A stretch of 55,794 bases of DNA, filler included, from Ionaspis alba (taxonomy: Eukaryota), in the NCBI GenBank assembly GCA_964255285.1. It is 2 parts of 2 records of this genome, joined end to end, with 100 filler letters (N's around TTAATTAATTAA, not from the genome) between each part and the next. Parts side by side here need not be neighbours in the genome. Positions count along the whole stretch, not along the records: positions 28,010 to 55,794 come from CAXUUL010000133.1; 1 more part is not named here. One strand, written 5' to 3'. The number at the start of each line of letters is the position of its first letter. Within the stretch, counting starts at the first letter, position 1. A model generated the notes under the pieces. The model was not told the DNA's origin, made no database searches, and saw nothing but the letters and a program-made list of their open reading frames with translations. This document shows positions 47,233-55,794 of the stretch, piece after piece. The position numbers and the translations under genes were made by a program.

Positions 47233-48040
47233 ACTGTCCGTGAAGGTAAACTGAGGAGGTTCAATCGAAGGTCACGAGCGGCGATGTAGTCGTCAACAAG
47301 CTCGACCGAACGTGGCTGTCAGTCGATGGTCGTCTTTGAGAACAATCGAGGTTGAGGAGAAGTATTATTCACATCATCTGAGGTGTAAGAAAGATGAGAC
47401 TAAATTGAGTCGTATCCGAGAAGGTGGGCCTACCTGGACGGATCGAGCTTGATTCAAAAGTGAAGGAAATTGCAGTATTACTTCATGGGAGGGAGGTAGT
47501 GCATAAAGAAAGTATTGAGTTCGTGAGATGAGCTCAATCACTCAAATTTTTGGAAACAAGGTACACGATGTCACCAGCAATATATGGCTCGACCAGCGGC
47601 AGTCTCGGATATGTCGTTCTATTCTTTAGACACATCCAATTCATTCATCATATACAAGCATGGTTCTCCGCAACTCGAGAGAGAGATAGGGTCGTCCTTG
47701 GACATCAGTGGGGGACTTTAAGCATCAGGAAAGATCCGCATCTTCATAATTACGTCTTTGAAATCGAAAGACATTTTACGCAACCACATGGCCTTCGGTG
47801 GGTGGAACGAAAACTGGTACAAGAACAGCAAATCAGTGAATTTTGATCAACAGTAGAAAAAGTCTTTGGGGTCCAATAACTATTTTGCAACACGCGAGAC
47901 AGACTGAGATGTTTGTTCCTCTCGTATGGCCTGAAAAAAGTTGAATCTAAATACCCTGTAGAGCCCACATCCAAAGCGCACGTGCCAATGAGCAATCGGC
48001 CTGATTTCATGCCGCCACTTTAGTTTGCGGCCGCGCTAAG

Positions 48041-48052
48041 ACGCGTTCGCGT
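48041..48052 (+). promoter_or_regulatory. MCB (MluI cell-cycle box) element, ACGCGT-TCGCGT, upstream of RNR1
   Basis: ACGCGTTCGCGT about 140 nt upstream of ATG 48189. MBF/MCB control of RNR large-subunit genes is established in yeasts. Confidence 0.65.
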
Positions 48053-48188
48053 TATCTTCTCCAAACATTGCTCCACCATTTTCCCTTCACCTCCCCTCCT
48101 CAAGTCCGCTTTTCACACAACAACACACCTTCATTGCCAATCGCCTGTGTCCCTTCTACAGTTTGGCAATCTTCGAAAGCCAATCAAT

Positions 48189-51176
48189 ATGTTTGTATTC
48201 AAACGAGGTAAGTTTTCCCATCCTCCCATCAAGTACATCTTCTGCCATCTTGCCTTTCGACTCCCTGGTCGAGATTATCTTCCCCTGTCCTAACATCGTA
48301 CTTTCAGATGGCCGAAAGGAACGAGTGCAGTTCGACAAAATCACAGCTCGCGTCTCTCGTCTGTGCTATGGCCTCGATCCCGAACATGTCGACGCCGCTG
48401 CCATTACCCAGAAGGTCATCTCCGGGGTGTATCAGGGCGTCACCACCGTTGAGCTTGACAATCTGGTAAGACTTTGGGAACAAGGTCCGATCATCCAGAA
48501 ACTCGAGCTGACCGTATTCTTCTTCCAGGCCGCCGAAACAGCTGCCTACATGACTGTTACACATCCCGACTATGCCATCCTCGCGGCCCGCATCGCCGTT
48601 TCCAATCTCCACAAGCAGACCAAGAAGCAATTTTCATCCGTCATCTCAGATCTTTACCACTACATCAATCCCAAAAATCACCAGCCAGCACCAATGATTT
48701 CGGAAAAGACCTACGAGACCGTTATGAAACACGCCGAAGAATTTAATTCTGCTATTGTCTATGACCGGGACTTCAATTATCAGTACTTCGGATTCAAGAC
48801 TCTTGAGCGGTCTTATCTACTTAGAATTAGTGACAAGATTGCAGAACGACCACAGCATATGATCATGCGGGTGGCTGTTGGCATTCACGGAGATGATGTG
48901 GAGAAGGTCATTGAAACATATGATCTCATGTCTCAGAAAGCTTTCACACATGCTTCGCCGACACTGTTCAATGCTGGGACCCCACAGCCTCAGCTGTCGT
49001 CTTGCTTCTTGATTGACATGAAGGAAGACAGTATCGAGGGCATCTACGACACATTGAAGACATGTGCCATGATTTCCAAGACTGCTGGTGGTATTGGTCT
49101 CAACATTCACAGGATTCGCGCTACAGGATCGTACATTGGTGGCACTAATGGTTCTTCTAATGGTATCGTGCCCATGCTCCGTGTCTTCAACAACACCGCT
49201 AGGTATGTCGACCAAGGAGGCAACAAACGTCCTGGTGCTTTTGCAATCTACCTTGAGCCATGGCATGCAGATGTCTTCGAATTCCTGGACCTCCGGAAGA
49301 ACCATGGAAAGGAGGAAGTTCGAGCTCGTGACTTGTTCTTTGCCCTCTGGATACCTGATCTGTTCATGAAGCGAGTCGAGAAGAATGGTGACTGGACATT
49401 ATTCTGTCCTAATGAGGCACCTGGTATGGCTGACGTGTATGGTGATGAGTTCGAAGCGCTCTATGAGAAGTATGACTTCCTCTCCCCTTGCATGTACGTA
49501 GGCTAATCCATCACCAAGGTATGAGAAGGAGGGCCGTGGCCGAAAGACTATCAAGGCACAGAAACTATGGTACTCAATCATCGAAGCACAGACCGAGACA
49601 GGGAACCCGTTCATGCTCTACAAGGATGCATGCAATCGCAAGAGCAACCAGAAGAATCTTGGAACTATCAAGAGCTCGAATCTTTGCACCGAAATTATCG
49701 AGTATACAGCACCAGATGAGGTTGCTGTGTGCAACCTTGCTTCTCTTGCCCTCCCTACCTTTGTTGATGCTTCTCGTGGAGAGTACGACTTTGGAAGACT
49801 GCACGAAGTCACCCAGGTCGTCGTTCGCAACCTGAACAAAATCATCCAGATCAACCACTACCCTGTCCCAGAAGCAAAGAAGAGCAACTTCCGACATAGA
49901 CCAGTTGGTGTTGGTGTACAAGGTCTTGCAGATGCTTTCCTCGCTCTCCGCCTTCCCTTCGACTCTGACCAGGCCAAACAATTGAACAAACAGATTTTCG
50001 AGACGATTTACCACGCGGCATTGACCGCATCGTGCGAACTCGCGAAGGTCGAGGGGCCATACGAGACCTACAAAGGGTCTCCCGTCTCGCAAGGAATTCT
50101 ACAGTATGACATGTGGAACGTTACGCCTACCGATCTTTGGGATTGGGACTCCCTCAAGGCTGATATAGCCAAGCATGGTGTCCGGAACAGCTTGCTAGTT
50201 GCTCCAATGCCTACGGCCAGCACGAGTCAGATCCTCGGTAATAATGAGTGCTTTGAGCCTTACACCTCGAACATCTATTCTCGTCGTGTCCTAGCTGGCG
50301 AATTCCAAGTCGTCAATCCTTGGCTCCTCAAAGATCTGGTCGACATGGGTCTTTGGTCTGACAACATGAAGAACAGAATCATCGCGGATGGAGGATCTAT
50401 TCAAAACATCCCGAACATCCCAGCTGATATCAAAGCTTTGTACAAGACTGTCTGGGAGATATCCCAAAGGACGATCGTTCAGATGGCTGCCGACCGTGGA
50501 GCTTTCATCGATCAGTCTCAGTCACTCAACATCCATCTCAAGGAGCCGACAATGGGTAAGATCACTAGCATGCACTTTGCAGGATGGAAACTCGGTCTCA
50601 AGACAGGAATGTACTATCTCCGGACGATGGCTGCATCTGCGCCGATTCAGTTCACGGTCGACCAGGAACAGCTCAAGGTCGCGGATACCAACATTGCACG
50701 AGTTGGTGGCCCCAAGAAGAGATCCATCGCATCGCCCACATATTCGTCGAACGCTCACTCGTCAGTTCCTCGACCCATGTACGTGCAGAAGCCGCCAATC
50801 AATGGCGTCAGCTCGCCGAACGGAATGCCAACGCCTACTGCAACGCCTCCTCCAGCATCAGAGAACAAGAAGTTCTCGCCAGCCGCCAAGATTCAAGCTC
50901 CTCCGGCGTTCAAGGCTGATGCTGACGAGGGTGAGAGTCCACGCACATTGGCCACTGAGCCAGCTGGGACGCCCAGAGTGGAAGAGGCTCTGCCGGAACC
51001 TGCTTTGAACGGTACTCAGAAACAGGAAGAGGATGCGGATACTGACCGGGAAGGAGATATTTATGCTCAGAAGGTTCTTGCTTGTGAGTCTTTTGGACTT
51101 CTTGTTGTACACCTGTTGCTGACTATTGACAGGCAGTATCGAGAATAAGGAGGAGTGCCTCATGTGCAGTGGTTAG
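48189..51176 (+). CDS. rnr1: Ribonucleoside-diphosphate reductase large subunit (class Ia); 5 exons
   Basis: ATP cone '[19 protein letters not shown]', '[11 protein letters not shown]...SSCFL', '[19 protein letters not shown]', 'SSNLCTEI', 'MPTASTSQI', '[10 protein letters not shown]', C-terminal '[14 protein letters not shown]'. Confidence 0.97.
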
Positions 51177-51648
51177 TGAATTAATCTTGCGCTGCCAATA
51201 GATGCTCTGCTCGGACGATATTTTAGTGTACACTGGGGGGTTTTCTCATGATCGACATGCTTATTGTTTGACTGCCTGCTACTGTGTTTAACCTTCCTGC
51301 ATTAATTGGACATTGGGCTTGGGTTTCAGGGTCTTATGGTTGGGATGTGCGCTAGATGAGGAGATTATTCAATTATGTCCCTTTTCATGCCTCTTCGTCA
51401 TAGTACGAAGAGTATCCGCACTCGAATCCTCACCGTCGCTCCCTCTACCACTTTCTCATCCTCTTCGTCTTGTTCCTCCACATCACTCCCCCACAACAGA
51501 ATGCATTTGAAGCGCCACAAGATGACAATAATGCTATGGTACAAGCCCAGAGCCTTCTATGATGCAAAATCCACAAAGACAAGTAACCAAGAGTCCTCTT
51601 ACACCATTGACGCAATGCAGGCTTTTCAGATGCACTCATGCCAGCTCT

Positions 51649-53999
51649 TTATTTATTAGCCGGAGACTCCATCCCAATCATCGGATTTTCTCCCGATGCA
51701 AACTTTGAATCACTCTCAATTGTATCCGCTGGTTGATCTATCTTCACATTAGCCCACCACTATCATGCCCACAGCTTCGCGACTCCAAACTTACCATGCC
51801 TCGAATACAACTTCCTCTCATGCTCATCATACTTCGCGGCTCTCCCAGTCTCCACATCCCTCCTCGTAACTCCCAACTTACTCTTCGCCAACCCCATACT
51901 CGCCAAGAACGCTACGCTATCCTTCCACTCCACCTCTTTCCTCTTCTTATCCCACCCAAGCTCCTCAGCCATCAGATCGATAACACTTGGCAGCGCCTCT
52001 AACGTCGCTTGTGCGTTCAGGAAAGCGAGCCGCGTCCGTCGAGCCAGCACATCCACGGCAGTTTGCGCATACTCGTGCCGGACCGCATAGCGGACTTCGC
52101 CATCTACGAATGGGTAGAGAGGTGAGATACGGATGCCACGAGCTGGAAAACGCTGATCTGTCGGCGCCGAGAGCGCAGCTACAGTCCATGCGCGATCGCC
52201 GTAGGATTCGGTTAGGTGTTTTGCAACGTCCGTTTCGACGCCAAAGTGCTGGATGAGGTTGATAAACAGGGTCTTGGAGTAACCATGGGCGCCGATCAGT
52301 CGGACCTGGTGCGTCTGACAGGTACCGTCGAGCGGCGCGGCGTCGTCGACCATTTCGGTGCCTGAGATGCGCGGAACGGTAAGGACGGGAGAGGCGGTGA
52401 GGTGGTAGAGTTTTAGAGCTTCGTCGACGGTTTCTTCGGCCATTTGCCGGTAGGTCGTCCATTTGCCGCCGGCGCATGTGAGTAGGCCAGAATCAGAGAC
52501 GGTGATGAGGTGGTTGCGGACGAGGGATTCGGTGTTTTTGGCTTTGGGGTCGCGGACTAGGGGGCGGATGCCGGACCAGGCTGCGAGAACGTCGCCGCGA
52601 CGGACGTTTATGTCGGGCGCGAGGTAGCCGCGGATTTCGGAGAGGATCCAGTTGATTTCTTCTTCGCCGGCGATGGGGTTGGGGGTTATATCGGTGGGGG
52701 CGTCGGTCGTACCTGCGATGGTGTTGCCTTGCCAGGGTAGGAAGAAGATTACTCGGCCGTCGGAGGTTTTAGGGTCGATGAGGCCCATGTTTGCTGGGCT
52801 ATAGTAGCCAGGCAGGATGACGTGGACGCCGGAGCTGGGGGCGACGATTTCGTCTACCTTTTGATCGTCGAGTTTTCTGATGGAGTCGGTAAAGGGGCCC
52901 GTGGCGTTTATTATGCCTTTTGCTCGGACGATGAACTCTTCTGCTTTTTTGCCATTCTTCTCTTGTACCAAATCCTTTACCCGTGCACCGCACAACTTGC
53001 CAGATGCGTCTTTTTCTAGCCCTGTGACCTCTAGATGATTGACCACTGTACTGCCGTAGAGTGCTGCCGTCATAGCCAACGACACATTCATTCGAGAATC
53101 GTTGTGAGCACCATCTAGTACTAGTTAGCATTTACCTGCAAGTCCCCCAAATCACTTCCATACCATAGTATACAAGAGCTCCTACCACGTTGTTCCTCTT
53201 AAGCATAGGAAATGCCTCCAAAGCCTTGCTCTTGGTTAAGAAATATGAGCTCTCAATTCCTTCTGAACCAGCCAGGAAGTCATAAGCCTTTGTTCCCATC
53301 CAAAAGTAAGGTGCTTGCCACCATTTCTGTATAGGCAACATTATTGGTAACCAATTCGACAAATGCGGTGCGGTATCCAAAAAGTACTTTCTCTCCCTCA
53401 ACGCTTCCTTAACAAGAGCATATCTGGGAGCATCAGTATGTTGATCACCCAGCCTGCAAGTCCCGGAAACACTCGTACTGATTATAATCTAATTCCCACA
53501 CTGCTTTTTCCAAATATCGTACACCTCCATGCACCAACTTTGTACTTTTGCTACTAGTTCCACTGCTGAAATCGTCCCTTTCCACAACCGCGACTTTCAA
53601 TCCTCGAGTTACCGCATCTAGAGCAATTCCAGTCCCCGTGGCTCCTCCGCCAATTATCAATAGATCATAGGGCTCCGCCACGCCAGTTAGCTCGTCCGTA
53701 GCCTCATCCCTTTTTCCGAAGAATGCCCTCGATGGGCCTTTGCTCAAGTCTGTATTTCCTTGCCCGCCACCACTCCACTTCAGATCCGCGATCTGTTGAG
53801 ACCGGCTCCTGACCTTCGGGAATCGTGGAGGAGCAATCGTGCCATCTGGTCCGAATCGAGGAGGTACCGCTGCCGGATCGGAACCAGGTATGTTTCGTGG
53901 TCTGTAGGATATGTAGAGGATTGCGCCGCTCGCTCCAGTGGCAAGTCCAGCGGTATAGAGAAAAGGTCTGACCCATTTTCTAGAACTCCGAGCTGCCAT
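51649..53999 (-). CDS. gut2: Mitochondrial FAD-dependent glycerol-3-phosphate dehydrogenase; 4 exons
   Basis: '[23 protein letters not shown]...[24 protein letters not shown]', 'INATGPFTD', 'AWSGIRPLV', '[12 protein letters not shown]', '[12 protein letters not shown]'. N-terminal presequence plus TM. Confidence 0.95.
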
Positions 54000-54587
54000 T
54001 CTGAGCAAGGAGCGACGCTCACTCAATGGCACAGTTCGCGCTCCGATTGTGTGACCTACGTCGGTAAGCTCGAGAAATTTTCACATGCTTTTTCGGGCAC
54101 TTTCGAGGTATGACCTCATAGGGCTGTCGTTTTTCGAGGTAGTAGTTGTTTTGAGGCTTCTCCTTGTCATGCTCAACAACATTGGCTAACAAGAGTTCTA
54201 AAATCTGACCGGTTGGTGAACAAATTCGTGCGTATTTTCAGAAGTAATTGGAGAGTTTCCGCCAATCATTTCTCGAGCTGCAGACATGTTCAAGCTAATA
54301 TAGGGCTACGAGGGAGCCGAGGCTGAGTTAACCCATTGGTATGCCAAAGACTTCATGATAAGCTGTAAGAATGTATCAAAGACGCTCATATATTTTCAAT
54401 TTATTTCAAGTCTCATGATACTTTTTAACACTGCTCAATGAATTAATTTAATTCAGGCCACCATAGAATGTGTTTATGACTCAAGGGATATACCATGAGC
54501 TAACGACAGTGTGATTTCGATGCTCATATCTAGCTAACACAAAATTATGTCTTCGATGTCATTTCACCGGTGCTCGAGCCCTTTGCC

Positions 54588-55794
54588 TCACTTCAATTCC
54601 GGTGTATCGGCATAGAGCGACTTCGTCATAGCTTCTGGATACCTTGACCCATGTACTTCCGCACTGCTGACTGCCTCATCCAGTTCCTTCTTCTCCTCCT
54701 TGGTCAACTTGATATCCAATGCGCCCAGATTCTCCACGAGATACTTCTCCTTTTTGGTACCTGGAATAGGGATGATAATCTCATCGACCGACAACAACCA
54801 GGCAAGCGCCAGTTGACCAGGAGTGCACCCTTTCTTCTTCGATAAGACGACAAATTCATCCACCAATTTCAAGTTCTTGGGGAAGTTCTCTGCCGAGAAT
54901 CGAGGACTGAATTTACGGAAGTCGCCATCCTCGAAGTCGTCCGGAGACTTGTACTGGCCGGTAATGAAACCGCGACCTAGTGGACTGTAAGCTACGAGGG
55001 CGACTCCGAGCTCTTTGGAGGTTTTCAGGATGTCGATTTGCGGGTCTGTAATTGACATTTCGAATGGCGAGATCTCAGTTTGGAGAGCGGAGATGTGGTG
55101 GACTTTGCAGGCCCGTCGGAGAGTTTTGGCTGAGACTTCGCTAAGGCCAATGTACTTGACTTTGCCCTCCCTGTGGATACCGTCAATCAAGTGTCCTTCG
55201 TCGCTACTCCTAGGAGACTCACTTGACAAGTTCTGCCATGGCCTTTACCACTGTCTCGACTGGCACCTCTCCGTTGAGACGATGGCAGTAGAACAGATCA
55301 ATCTGGTCCACCCCCAGCTTCTTCATGCTGCTGGCACATGCTTCCTTGACATATTCAGGATCATTGATGATGGCTCTGGTCCCATCTGGTTTCATGACAT
55401 TGGCGAACTTGGTGGCGAGGAAAATCTTACCAGCATTAGTACGCAAAGAACTGATACATCGATTCTAGCCAGTTTTCTCGTACCTGGTCACGCTTGCCAG
55501 TCTTCTTGAACCATTTCCCCAGCAACACTTCGGAGTCCCCATACATATCCGCAGTGTCCCAAAAGGTCTCCCCGAGCTCGAAAGCACGGTCAAGTACCTT
55601 GAAGCGCTCCTCATCTGATCCGACAGCCTGCCTTGTTAGTCTAACGGCGTGGCGACTGGAAGGTAGATGATTTTACTCCATAAAAAGACGACAACCTGCT
55701 CCGTCAGTCGAGAATTGTGGCAATTGGAGGGCACAAAATCTTACCCCATAGTTCCAAAGCCCAGAGCGGCTACCTGAGGGCCATTCTTGCCAAG
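54588..55794 (-). CDS. Aldo-keto reductase (YakC/AKR13-like); 5' end just outside the window
   Basis: 'LGKNGPQVAALGFGTMG|LSSFYG', 'WDTADMYG', 'IFLATKF', 'IDLFYCHR', 'YIGLSE', 'AYSPLGRG', 'IPIPGTKK'. Confidence 0.93.

Noticed and set aside
51763..51795. Cryptic peroxisomal PTS1 in Gut2 through intron retention, or TGA-CTA read-through in the enzymes of this window
   Set aside because: The retained-intron product ends AKLWA, not AKL, and the stop codons I checked lack the TGA CTA context or a downstream SKL-like end.
1..55794. Secondary-metabolite cluster, CRISPR array, rRNA or tRNA genes, intact mobile elements
   Set aside because: No PKS/NRPS/terpene synthase, repeat-spacer array, cloverleaf, rRNA signature or transposase/RT motifs were recognised by eye. 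tRNAscan-SE, Infernal and RepeatModeler would be needed to exclude small elements.

Overview
Gene-dense, intron-containing nuclear DNA from a filamentous ascomycete (Pezizomycotina), with about 26 protein-coding genes on both strands. I recognised no rRNA, tRNA, CRISPR array or intact transposon. Most genes are conserved housekeeping loci: JmjC demethylase KdmA/Rph1, carnitine acetyltransferase FacC/Yat1, Ypt1/Rab1, M1 aminopeptidase, Nop15, Yaf9, Coq11-like, Syf2, Guk1, septin Cdc10, bL32m, Ski8/Rec14, RNR large subunit, Gut2 and an aldo-keto reductase. There are four 100-nt N gaps. One contains an artificial TTAATTAATTAA linker, so the two halves of the window may not be adjacent. Two are false gaps flanked by exact 55-nt overlaps. 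Main observations: (1) a nested spliceosomal twin intron (stwintron) in ypt1, where an 89-nt internal intron splits the GTG|AGT donor of an outer intron between donor positions 3 and 4; (2) a gene hidden by a false gap whose reconstructed protein follows the PemK/MazF toxin motif pattern and ends in a C2H2-like finger; (3) many AAG acceptors and degenerate donors; (4) a Nop15 with a roughly 730-aa H1-like extension; (5) probable dual-start mitochondrial isoforms of Guk1 and the aminopeptidase. Exon structures were inferred by eye and product names come from motif recognition, not database searches.
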